A stretch of DNA of 64,000 nucleotides from Trichosphaerium sp. ATCC 40318 (taxonomy: Eukaryota > Protista > Tubulinea): assembly GCA_038496445.1 (NCBI GenBank), contig JALMLS010000150.1, positions 62,001-126,000 of the forward strand, given 5' to 3'. A program made the translations under genes and the position numbers. Below the pieces are notes generated by a model that worked only from the letters and a program-made list of their open reading frames with translations, was not told where the DNA came from and made no database searches. The stretch's first letter is position 1, and each line of letters starts with the position of its first letter. Of this stretch, positions 34,901 through 47,468 are shown piece by piece.

Positions 34901-37672
34901 GGACCTATAAACGTAAATGTCGATTTCTTTAACTATGAAGGCGGAGAAATCATTGGGTAAGAAAGCGAAGATATAACAATAGAAATATCTAACTCCAGTT
35001 TCAAGAAATTCGGATAATTCCCTTCAACCAGACATCACATACAATTTTGGACAGTCTATAATATCTGGTGGTTCCAACAGGAAACTTACTAACGCAATGG
35101 TCCAACTAAGCGGTCCTGTAGCCTTCAAAGCAACAGGAAATGGTAAGGCAGCTTTTAACAACCCTTACTTAACAAATGTAATTAGTGCAGCTCGAAGGTG
35201 TGACTACCATTGTTATAAATGATACCTTTGATGTCTTATCAAACATGGAACTAGTATCTGACGTACGAAACCGATTAACAAGCAAAGCACAAACACAAAC
35301 AAAAACAAGAATGAAAAATTTATTTAATTTTTCTTTTTCAGCCAAATGACCCTTGCAATGGTATGATGCATGTGGCAACTCAAGGAAACGTTATAATCAA
35401 TGGAACCAACCAAGCTATCATACAAGTGAACGTAATAAACGAAGGTGGCATACAAGTTAACGATGGTAAAAAAGAAAACATTTGTGTAATAAATTTGATT
35501 CAACTAACACATCTACTCTCTAGACGGTGCTCTCACTCTAAAATCAACCTATACTCAAAAAGGTGTTTCATCATCTTTAGCCCTATCAGGTGGTTCCGTA
35601 ATAAGCGACCAAGCTCAAGTACGTATCAACTATTCCTTCAAAAATACGAAAAAAAAACCGGAGTTAATATTCACACAATAGATTGTTGGTGGTGATGTTT
35701 CTGGTTATGGTAACTTTATTGGCGCCCTACACCTATCTGGTCGTATTATTCCTTTGTATGGACCAAACAAAGAAGTTCTTAAAATATCGGGTTCATTAGC
35801 CCAAGGTGCTAACGGAGAGCTACTATGTACCTTGTCAGCTACAGCTGGAGTAAGTGCAAAAAAACTACATCTTGTTGCAAAAATATCAAACTGACTCTTT
35901 TAGAACTTGACATTAAGAGGCAGCATTGACGTCACTGGAGAATATTCTGTGTATGGCGGTGTATTTTCTGTAGAATCAACAACTTTCGAAAAGGCTACTA
36001 CAAAGAATACAGTAACAGCACCTGAAGACGGAGTACGGCGAAGATTACATAACCCCTGGTTTCTTATTTAATTCGTAGTTTGCTACTTGGGGTAGCTTCT
36101 CTGGAAGTGGATTTTCTCAAGTTAAAAACGCGAATCTAGACGCTACTCAAGGCGTTGCTGTTAATGTAACAGCCGCAGGCATATCACTAAGTGTAACGCC
36201 AAGTAAGAAAAAACTAAGAAAATATTGACACTTACGTTAACTTCTCTTGTGTAGTGCCTAAAATTACGTCAATCACTCCAAATACTGAAGGAATGGCAAA
36301 CGAACTTGTTACAATAGAAGGAGAAAACTTTCCAAATTCACTAACATCAGAGAACGTCGAAGTTTTATTCAACAAGTTGGACTTGTGCACAGACTTGAAA
36401 ATTATTGCTCCAAACAAAATTACTTGTTTAACGCCTGCAGGTCAACAATACCCTTTTTTACTTATTGTGTTATTGACAAGTACTATTAGGTATTGGTACT
36501 GTAAGTGTATGCATAACAGTAGACGGTCGTGGATGCTTCAAGCCAGTAACGAGCTTTTCTTATGCACTTCCACATGTTAGTTCTATTTCTCCAAAAACAG
36601 ATAACACTTCAGGTGGAGCAGTTATTAACATCTTTGGTGATGGATTCGGCGACACAGGTACCTAATCATTCAATACACATTTTTAATTTTATTTTATTAG
36701 CTGCTGATATCAGTGTTATGATTGGAACTGAACCTTGTGCTTCAGTTGGTATTTTTGAGCCGTACGTCTGAAAGAAGTTTTTGGTCACATGCTCTTTGTT
36801 TAACTCGCTTTAGAGGTCAACTTTTCTGTAAAGTTCCTCCTGGTATTGGAGTAGATTTACCTGTTGTTGTAAGCTTGAAAGGTGTCAAAGGAACCACATC
36901 CGATAACGCAACATTCTCTTATGCTGGTACAACAAAATCATTTATTTACACTTTTCCTCCAATAACACACGTCTAAGCACCTCGTATCGACTACGTCTGC
37001 CCTTCAAATGTCAAAGAAGGTGATACCTTACGCATTTTTGGTACGTCAAGGTCTTTTATTCCCGTGTACGTCTAATAATTTAAGGTCAAAATTTCGCATA
37101 CAAGTTCGAGAGCAAACCGAATATTAGCGTGGCTGTACGTCCCAAGCAATCTCTTATTCCTTGACTTTGTTCTTAATGATGGTTAGATTGGAGGTGTTGC
37201 TTGCAAGAATCCTACAGTAGTAACTGTAACACCATCCCTAAACCAAGTCACATGTGTAGTTCCAAAAGGAGAGGTGAGTGCAAAACGTTTTGACTTTTTT
37301 TTTTGTTAAATGCTGTTTTAGGGAAAACAAACGTTAGACTTTACAGCTAGTAAACAAGCCAACAGTGTACCAACGTCAGTAGTATTCACAAACGGTGGGG
37401 GTAGTACTCCATCTCCTAAAGCAAAAGCTATTTACGTACAACCTGTATTCTGGGTGGCTGTTCTAGGAGCTGCACTTGTTTTCTTCATAGCTGGTAGGTC
37501 ACTATTTATGTAAAACATGGCGTGACTTATCACGTGTTTTACGCGAAGCGTCTTCGTGATTTTTTTTCTTCGCCGTCTTATTTAAACCGTGATAGGCTTG
37601 CTCATTGGATGGCGATGCCTTGGAAAGAGTTCTTCTGGATCATACGCGCCAGTGGCTCAATCTGTTCAGTAA
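31916..37672 (+). CDS. Large single-pass cell-surface protein: beta-rich N-terminus + 3 IPT/TIG domains + TM
   Basis: Dozens of small exons; PKITSITP..G..NELVTIEGENF, PHVSSISP...SGGAVINIFGDGF, PRIDYVCP...GDTLRIFGQNF IPT motifs; TM VFWVAVLGAALVFFIAGLLIGW; short tail. Confidence 0.75.
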
Positions 37673-37839
37673 AGAATACTATAAACTTCCAATAAATCTA
37701 CCTGCCGTAAAAGGCCTATTTTGCAATAAAACAATGTTGGTTGTACAACGTACATTGTGCCTTTGGCTGTCGAATCAAATCTTGTTCCTGTGACAGGAAC
37801 TGAACAGGTAGTCAATGACGTTAAACAAACAGTAATACC

Positions 37840-39205
37840 ATGGCTTCAAATAACATCTCCTTCACGCGAAAGAATACTACCTTTACAGTTTCTCTTTATG
37901 ATAACCTAACCATTGATGCCATATTATTGCTTCAGCAGTACTCGCTCATTGTTGAAAGCGATAAAAAAGCGAAGGAATTAACAAAAAGCAGATGCCATAC
38001 CATAGACCAGCTATATGACATGATAGGAAAAGCTGCAAACAAAGTACAAAACGCATCTCAACTTTTTTTTTCCACATTTGCTTATTTTTTTTTCCTAGGG
38101 CTCAGCGTATTCTCTTGTAACTAGTGTTGACAACGATGTTCAAATTACAATTACCAATGATGGTAACAAGTTGTTTACCCTTCGCCTAAAGAGAAAAATA
38201 ATGGAAGAAATTACCGTTCTAGAAGATAAGGTGCGTTGTAACAGCGTTGAGCACATATGCGTGTATTTTTTTTGTTACGGCTGGTAAATCTTTCCAAACT
38301 AAAATCTCAAGTTAAAATGTAATATCCAGCATCCATAATAGCGGTTTCACGTTGTGAATAGCGAAAAGTACCTTAGCGTCAGGCTATTGTCGAGTGCAGT
38401 TTTTGTTCTTTCTTACTTTTCTTTTCAAAAGGTTCTGAAACTCCAACGCGAAAATAAAGCCTTGTCAAAGAAATTAGCGCAAAATAAATGGCGTTTTTCG
38501 CGTGTTCACAAGCACAAGGATCTTGCTTTATGGTTCGATGATAGATGCGTTAGATTATTTGGTCACAGCATCTGTACTTATTTTTTTTCTTTTGACAAAT
38601 CAGCCAATGTTCACTGATCCTTGTCTTCTAGGGAGGATGATTTACGTTAATGGCGATTTTTGGGGTGGCGTACACCATGTTGAATACAGGTAAAAAATTC
38701 TAGAATAGAATACGTTGTTACCCTTTTTTATTTTGAACACGTGATACGAAAGGGTGTTTTGAATTTCGTTCAATTTGGCAATTGTTGGACGACTTAGTTT
38801 GCTTAGGATAGATGTAATAGGTGCTTATATGGTGTTTGGTGTTATACCTTTTGACTTTGGAGACGCAAACGAATACACTGGGTATCACCTTGGAGAGAAA
38901 AAGTTGGCAAAAGGTATTGGCTTATATTCAAGCAGTGGAAAGGTTTTCTCGAATGACACCCATACACCAACCAAAATCAAACCATTTAAAAGATGTAAGT
39001 ACTACAAAACATACGTAGTATTCCTAAAAATCTTGTAGGCGGATCTGTTGGTGTTACACTTGATATGCCCAAGAAAGAAGTAAAATTCAGTGTATTTGGA
39101 GTTGAATCTCAAGGTTTTAAACTGTCGGCTAGCTGCTACAAGTTTGCTGTGTGCATACCAAGCAGAGGCGACATAGTAACTTTACTTGAAGAAAAATGCT
39201 ACTAG
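37840..39205 (+). CDS. Coiled-coil + SPRY/B30.2 domain protein
   Basis: VLKLQRENKALSKKL coil; GVHHVEYRIDVIGAYMVFGV, GIGLYSSSGKVF, GSVGVTLDMPKKEVKFSV SPRY-like strands. Confidence 0.65.
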
Positions 39206-39460
39206 TCGAATGAGTTGTTCATTAGTACAACTTTTGTAATGTTTAAACGGTAAAAAAATTTTGTTTGCCAATTATAAAAATGATTAGAATTGGAACTAAG
39301 GACATTTCTGAATAGTTGTTTAGAACCTTTCAATTCCATTACAATGACTGTCACTCGGACATTCAAACACACTTTACAATCAAAATGTTACTGCATAAAA
39401 AGCTACGTATGTCCTGTAGTGTTGGATTGTCTATCCGTGAAACATTTTGAAAAACTTTCA

Positions 39461-40378
39461 TTAAAAATAAAGTGGACGTGTATCTTTTTTAGCCAAATAG
39501 TCATTGATGTGTAAGGCCCTACCCCAGGTTATACCTAATTCCTCAGCTGCTGCTTCTGTTATTTGTGTATGTTTTCCGAATACATATTTATCATCGATTG
39601 TAATGCTTCTAAGAGACTTCAAGTGTTTCAAACAAGAGTTCGTAATTTTAATACAACTATCAAGTTTCAGGTGTTCAAGATTTGTCAGGTGCATCAAACC
39701 TGAGTCTGTGACCATGTCACATTCCCTTATAAGAAGCTTTTTGACATTAGTCAGCAATCTGACACCATCATCTGTCATCATCCTTGGGTCTTGAGGTATT
39801 ATATGAACTGAGTGTACACTCACAAGTTGTTTTAGCAGTTCTTCTTTTGGCTCAGAAAATGTAATTTGGTGGACGTTCTTTAGTTCACGTATCCCATCAA
39901 CAGTAATGTTCTCACAATAGCGGATATCAATTGTATGTACGTATTTGAGTGCCTTCAACGAAATATCTGTTATAGGCGCAGACATCAAGCAAATGTTGTG
40001 AAGGCTACTTTTATCTAGCAATTGTATATCCTTATCCGTAGTATTTGTAGGTAGAATTATAGACTGAACACCAGATAGACACTCCAAGTCCCTCTTTGAT
40101 AGTTTACGTATTTCAGATAGAAAGATAAGGAAACAATTGATTGTGGTGTTTTTAAGCAATGGACTTCCTTTTATAAATGAAAAATCTGAAGGTTTTTCTA
40201 ATGTGATTCTATCAAAGCCAATATTATTGCGAATGATATTGTTGAACACGTGGGAAACTGTGGTAGCCCTTATACGCTCTTTCTTTTCCAGGTAGCTTAA
40301 AATATGTGTTAACGTCTCTGGTGGGAGCGTTCTAAGCAAATAAACATGTTTTTCTGGCTTCCGACATTCTTGCGACAT
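39461..40378 (-). CDS. F-box/LRR protein (intronless)
   Basis: LRTLPPETLTHILSYLEKKERIRATTVSHVFN F-box; AMN1-type LRRs (ITDISL, ITVDGI, VTDSGL, ITNSCL). Confidence 0.85.
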   Translation of the reverse strand: MSQECRKPEKHVYLLRTLPPETLTHILSYLEKKERIRATTVSHVFNNIIRNNIGFDRITLEKPSDFSFIKGSPLLKNTTINCFLIFLSEIRKLSKRDLECLSGVQSIILPTNTTDKDIQLLDKSSLHNICLMSAPITDISLKALKYVHTIDIRYCENITVDGIRELKNVHQITFSEPKEELLKQLVSVHSVHIIPQDPRMMTDDGVRLLTNVKKLLIRECDMVTDSGLMHLTNLEHLKLDSCIKITNSCLKHLKSLRSITIDDKYVFGKHTQITEAAAEELGITWGRALHINDYLAKKDTRPLYF

Positions 40379-40630
40379 TTTGGCTAACGCAAGGCAAAAG
40401 AACCACGTGACATGAACTAAACAAGAAGGAGATTGACTACATTGGACTCACGGTTTTGCTTATCATTAGATTTGCTCAGTTTTGAAATACCCTATCCCAT
40501 TGTGAAATTGATCGAGACCTTTTTGCCACACGTGCAAACTCTATCAAAGTTATTTTCATTCGTAACAATTTTTTTTTCTGTTATTTTCAATTATTTTTGT
40601 TTTATTAATTACGATCATGCCATACAAACT

Positions 40631-42886
40631 CTACACTCTATCCATTCCTCTCTGCTCTCTTTCCATCTCCTGCCATTTTATAAACATCCTCAGAGACTCC
40701 TTAGTATCTATAGAAGTCCTATTCGATTTAAATACAGCATTTCGCTCATGTAAGAAAGCGATACACTCTGATTCGTTCTCAAAGCCCAGTTCTGTTGATA
40801 TAAAACTAACAGGCATATCTGGGCGGTATGCGGATGACATCATTTTCAATGTAAGTAGTCGGTGACCAGGCACCACAAAGTCTAGGAGGTATTGGCCCAT
40901 GTTGGGCGTTGCATTGTAAAGTTTGAAAAATCGGTGGTAGTTTCCGGTCATAAATGTTTTGCGTACCTAAGCGGTCAGCGAGGGGCACAAGGGAGAAGAA
41001 AAATTAAGCAAATTTAAGAAAATTGTAGAGTAGGTTTTTAGTTTTTTGTTGCATAAAAAAGGCACTTGCACGTAAAGCATGCACAATAGCAGGTTCTTCC
41101 CTTAATTCCTTTGATAGTCCAGTAATCACTTTATCCATCTCTAATCACAAGTAAGTACACCCCACTACGCGTAAAATACTTGCGTACCTGTAAGGTTATT
41201 TTCAACCAGCGTATACAATACACGGTATGCTGTAAACTCGATTATACTTCCGTTTGTACCTTTTTGATACATCGCAAATAATCGAGTTTGGCACTGATTA
41301 TACTCTCCAAGGTCCATCTACATCAGGAACATTAATAACAAGCAAACAAAAAAGCAATTGCACTACGCGGTTTTTTGTAGCGTACGTTTTCAAGGCATAA
41401 CCTAGCGTTGGTTTCATAGACCTCGACAGAGAAGTCATTCTTTATATTTTGAACCTAACAAATTGTTAACAAAACGAACTACCAACTTAAACAACGCACT
41501 GTTAAGTCCTGTCGAACGGACTTGAGTTGCTCTCTGCAATAGCTCCAATCTTCATTCTGACTCCATTTCCTCTTAATCATCACCAAAGACCTCTTAAGTA
41601 CACGCTCTGGCCGTATTGTAGATGGTTCAGGCACCTTTAGTATTATTAACAACGCTACTCGAAGCTAAAGCACTGTAAAAGAGACACTTACCGAAGTGAG
41701 TCTGAAATACTTCTTTTCTAACGTTTCCATTGTACCTTGTATAGTCAAACTATCCCAATCAATCCTTTCCGCATTAAACATAACATTACCATTGACTACA
41801 GTTCGCTTTAAGATTCCACGCTTCTTCTTTTTTGGCTTTGTTGTTGGTGTCTCTTTTACAGCAAACCTACGCATACGCGATGCTAGCATAGCGCCTTGCT
41901 TCTGATGAAACGCTAGGTTATCGGATGGCGTAGTCACAGAGGCAAAAGAAAACTTGTCTTTTTTCTTCTTCTGTTTCTTCTGCTTCTTACCGCCAGGTGC
42001 CCCAAGAGGTTTTTTAGCAGTCCAATTTGTAGTCCAGAGCTCATTATTCTTTATAGCTTTTGTTATAATACTCTTTAAAGCTGTTTCAATATGCGTTTTA
42101 TGTGCTTGGGCTAAAACGTGACGTTAGTAACGAGGTAGACTGGACTTTTCAAAAAAACAGAAATTTCACAAAGAAATAAACATAGCACAACTCTTTGCAC
42201 TTTCGATGGTTAAAACGTACTCGTAGCAGTTGCAAACGATCTCTCAACGTAATCTTTAAGTGAATTCGGCCAAGTACTAGGCTTTGATGCGTCACCACCG
42301 CTTTGTATATTACTACCAAACGACGTTCTCTTCTGACGTTTTACTGCCACCGGTTGGTTCTGTGACACTTTGCGTTTCTGATTGAAGGAGTTTGTAGTTG
42401 CTGTGGTGGGAGCTGTTGGCTAGAGAAGGTTAATGGGAGTTGTAATAAACAAGACGTGTCAAAGAGTAAAAAAAAGGCGTTGCTTACTCCTGGTGTTGTT
42501 TGAGGGGCCCCAGGCGCGGTATAATACCACGACGCGAAATGTTGAGGCTGCGATGCATTACTCCCGTTCCATTGCGCAGCTGGTTGTTGCGTTTGCGGGG
42601 TGTTGTAACCATAGTTATATCCGTAGCCCTGATAGCCATAAGGGTAACCATAAGATCCGTATTGTTGTGTTTGGGCGTATTGTTGGGCCCACGGTGCTGT
42701 CTGCTGTGATGGTGCTCCAGGCTATAATTATTAGCTTCACAGGTTCGATTTAACTAAATTACAAATACAAAAAATGTATTTAAGCATTTTGGCGCCGGAA
42801 TATGCGCATTACAATACCCTGGCCTTGAAAATTACATAGTAAAACACAAAGAGTCCTACCTGCTTGGGTTGTCCACTGGGATTCAT
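40631..42886 (-). CDS. LENG8: SAC3/GANP/THP3 family protein (LENG8/Thp3)
   Basis: [85 protein letters not shown]. Confidence 0.88.
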
Positions 42887-43078
42887 CTTAAAATAAGCTT
42901 CAAGCAATACGAGATGTTATCTTCGAAATTAAACGGTCATTGAATAACCTTGAAAAGTAAAACTGTTTCAAGGCTTTAAAAACAGAGAAAACCCAAAGGC
43001 TTACAGTTTACGTGCGTATAAACCGTAAGAGCGTTATTGAGCTTTTTGTAGTTAACTGTAACATTCCGTTCCTACAAA

Positions 43079-45622
43079 ATGCTCGCACGTTTCTCCCGTC
43101 ATGGCTATAGAGCCTCTATGCGTACAACATCGAATGTACGGGTAAATAAGCGGATTATACCCAATCGGCGCTTCACAACCTCTGTGTTGCGTTTAGACAA
43201 TAGGAAACAACCTATCGAGCGTACAGAAGGTGGCGTGGAACAACCACAGTTAGGGGGTTATCATGATGATAAACGACAAGGCAGATACGACCCAAGTACG
43301 AGTGCCAGCGTAGTTAAACATGACAGCGCAAAAATAAAAATGACACTAGCTAAAAACGCAACTAGTGAGCCTTATGCATGAGGAAGTAAACAAAAAGAGG
43401 GAGTTTGCCGAGAAGCTCAGATCTAATAGTACGACAGGGTGCGCCTCTGCTTTGTATTAAACTCTATTTGCAGGGGGCTTCATGGCCAATACCTTTGGTA
43501 GCGATTGGAGGTCATGGGCTCTTATTTTGTTTCTTTTTGGAATAATTGCGTGGAAAAGGTACTCTTCGCACTAAACCGATGCTACCTCACGCTCTAAACT
43601 TTTTATTTTCAACTTCAAATACATCTGAACCGATTCCAAAATTGACAACTTCAAGGGAGAAGAGAGACAACACAATGGTTGGTGGGATCAATAATGATGA
43701 TAGGGCACTCTCAACTAATACGGTATGACTCTATAAAGTCTTATGTAAAGAAGAATTCTGGTTATTACTATGTTTTCAAAAAACATTTTTTAACGCACTT
43801 CAAAAATTTCTCCACGTGCAGCAGTATGCTTCAATAGCTCCATAAAATTATTATCTAATCATTTGATATTAGATTAATATCCTCAAAAAAATACCAACAC
43901 GCTACGGCTCATATCTTTGGGGAAAATTTGCTCACACTGAATTTCCTTATCCTATTCAACAATCAATCATTAGCATCTACGCTTGGTTATTTAGTTGCAA
44001 GTACGAAATATCTACGATGAATGAATGAACTCACAAAACAGACATACCATCTTGAAGCAATAATGTAACTCTTTTTCTTCTTTAGCCTTGATGAAATGCT
44101 TGAACCTAAGAGCAGTTACAAAACGCTTAATGCATTTTTTACTCGATCATTGAGACAGGACGTCCGTCCGATTAGTCAGATTCCTGAAGCTATGGTAAGA
44201 TTCCCATCGTTGCACACTTCGCCGAGGGTCTTACTAAGATGTAATAGGTTAGCCCTTGTGATGGTAAAATGGTTCATTTCGGACTTGTTAGAGGAGATAC
44301 TGTTGAGCAAATCAAGGACTTAACTTATTCTTTAACTGACTTTCTTGGTCCAGTACGTACTTGTAAAACATTTTACTGCATTCTGGTTTTATTCTTTTGC
44401 ACTACACATCATGTGACTGCATGATATTGATAATACGGCTTAGGAAAGTGCGTTTAAAGAGAGTATTCTAGTTCATCAAAAAATCATGGATACAGCCGGT
44501 TTTATTAATACTGCTGCGCATGATTCATGCTTATACTATTGTGTTCTTTATTTGGGACCTGGAGATTATCATGGTTTCCATTCACCTGTTGATTGGACAG
44601 TAAGTGAACAACGACACTTCCCAGGTACTTTTTTTTCGATTAAAAAAACCGAATGCAATACTTCTCCTTCTTTGTCTGTTTGTAGTCATTTGCTATTTCT
44701 CTTTGTTTTAAAACTCTATGTTAGGACATCTGTTTAGTGTATCTGGACTTGCATTCAGGATGATACGTAATTTGCTTGTAGTAAACGAGAGGTAGAGGGT
44801 TTTTTCTTGTTTTTTTTTTCCTTTAATTGACGTGTTGCGTTTTAGAGTCGTGCTGACTGGAGAATGGTTGTGGGGTAACTTTGCGTTTGCGCCAGTTGGT
44901 GCATATAATGTAGGATCGATTGCCCTTCGACATGACGCACAACTAGAGACTAACAAACAAAACCAAGTTCCTGAGGCTGGTTTTCAAAAAAAACAACTAA
45001 ACAACATACCTTACATCAAAGGTCAACAAATAGGTTCATTTAACCTTGGATCCTCTGTTGTACTAGTATTTGATAGCCCAGAGTTTGCTTTCACTGTAAA
45101 ACGTGGTAAAAAAGTGAAAGTAGGAGAACCTCTTGGTGTGGTTGTAACTTCTAGATTCGCAGAAGAATTTGGCGAATTAAAGGCCAAATGGCATGTCCAA
45201 AAGGTAAATAGAGTATTGTCTTACACAAGAAGGGCGGAGGAACACTTGAAAAGAAACCCAGAACTAGCTAAGAGGTACGTTTTTTTGTTTATAAACAAGT
45301 CGCCCTGTTGGATAACAGTAGCTCTTGGGTTTGTACTACACGTCGCAAAATTACCGATATTTCAAGAAATCTCTTCTTTTTGGTGACCTTTTGTACAATT
45401 TTTTGCAGAAAACAGCTCATTTTTTAGTAAATTTAATCGGGCTGTACTCAATTTTGATTTCGAAAAGTAGTTCATTGCTGTAATTATTCAAAAATATGTC
45501 GTTTGAATGTATATCATTTTTTCTCACTTTTTTTTTTTTCAAACAATAGAATTGAAGAAGCACGACAACATAAAAAAGAGCAAAGTTTGGCTGACGACCC
45601 TAGAAACGTACCTCTACCTTAA
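43079..45622 (+). CDS. PISD: Mitochondrial phosphatidylserine decarboxylase proenzyme
   Basis: [16 protein letters not shown]; SPCDG; [16 protein letters not shown]; NERVVL; VGAYNVGSI; [11 protein letters not shown] autocleavage motif; presequence-like N-terminus. Confidence 0.93.
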
Positions 45623-46056
45623 AACGATTTAAATATCTTGTTACATAAAAAACGGGTTGTGGTGTTTAAATTATACTAGAACAACATTGTTGATTTTTCT
45701 CGAGAAAAAAAAAATATTGAGAAAAAATTGTCAACAAAACATTGCGTTAGAGTGAAAAAAATGGCCCTGCACCAACCCCTGACTAGAGAAGAAATTGTCA
45801 AGAATATACGAAAGCAGATTTGGAAACAAAGTCTGGAAATACGAAAAAGAGCTTGTCTTTTGAATCACGTGTTCTTTTTCTTCACAAAAGTCTACATTAT
45901 TTATTTCGGCGCCTTATACTTTACATATCTCTTCATTTAAGTGTCTGCTATAATATTTCAAGGTTAAACCAGCGAAATGTTTCCTACAATCTTGTGTGCA
46001 CTACTTTCAACATTAAGGCTTAATATAATTACTATAATTCGCAAACCAAACACAGA

Positions 46057-46805
46057 ATGAAGCTCTTCCTTATTACCCTCTTCGTTGCTGCCGCGTATTG
46101 TATACTTAACAATGTGGTAGTAGAACGACAATACACTGATGAAAACTGTATGAACGCGATAAATCCCTTCTCCGAGTTCGGCAACCAGTGTTTTACTGGC
46201 TCCAAGTGGTTTTGTTACGGCGTACGGCAAACTTCTATTTTTTTTCGAAAACAACCCTTATTTAACAATGACACTGATACAACATTAGAATTTCTTCTTT
46301 CGCATCACGTGGGAGAACGCCGATTGTACTGGTTCAGCACAAATCAAGCACTTCACAGCAACTGACTGCTTCAAAGACGAAGATACTGCCTTCTACTCAA
46401 AGCTAACATGTGCTAACGGTACGCCAAGCTTTAGTTTTTACGTCATAATTTGTATTAAATTTTTTCAGGCTTCACACCAATCCCTACCTATGGAAGCTCA
46501 CAGTCTGCCGATGTATGGAGTGGCGCAGGATGTATGGGAACACCAATATTTTCCGCACCACCACAACAGACACTCACATGCACCCCTCAAACTGATCGTA
46601 ATCAACTTGTTGGTTGTAGTTCGTCAACAGTGCGTCTTACCTAACTATTTCCGAAGTTTAATTTTTTGTTTTTTAGTATGTCAATGCGCAGTATGCTCTG
46701 AGCGATACAACATGTTCTCAACCTATAGCTCAAGTAGTAGATCCAAGTGTAGGACAGTGTATTGATTTGAACGGTATATCTAATACGATTACATGCACTC
46801 CGTAA
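46057..46805 (+). CDS. Small secreted Cys-rich protein
   Basis: Signal peptide MKLFLITLFVAAAYC; four exons with repeated Y/W...C.G motifs; stop TAA 46803-46805. Confidence 0.65.
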
Positions 46806-47468
46806 GCTACTAAATAAAAAAAAAAAGCTGTTGACAAGTTCTTCAATCTGGTATTTACAAACTTGTGGTCTAGTTATTCTCTTACCATTACTAATTTGTG
46901 TTGAAAACTGCAGTGGTGTCTACACAATACACTACTACTAGGACGCATAATAAGTGCTTTTCAGAAAGGTGGTGGTAGCGTATTAGCCCGCCCATGAAGA
47001 AAGTGGGAAACCCAGTGCTCGACAAACTATTAGAATGCTGTACACTATCTGGTAAAAAAGATGTTAACATAGTAATTGAAATATTACAGTTTTGTGACAA
47101 CCGTGTTGTCACTGTTAATTGTTCAACACTAGAAATTCGGCCTTTTATGGAAGTTGTTTTTTGGTGAGTTGTTGTGTATTCAAATAAAACGGAAACCTTA
47201 AGTTTTCGGCGTTTTCAGCAGCAGGTATACCTACTCTAACAAGCACGTTGATATCATTTACCCCTAGTTGTACGGCTCTTTATTCTGACGAGATATTCAC
47301 ACTAATTTAGTACCAAACTTTACAAGTTGGACCTTGTATTTCGAGCAAAACAGTTGTATCTTAGGAACACAACATATCGACAAGACAACAGTGAACGGTT
47401 TCACGTTTACTTAACAATTTTCTCATATTTTCGAGATCCCAACCATTTTCCAAAGAGCAACCTACAAA

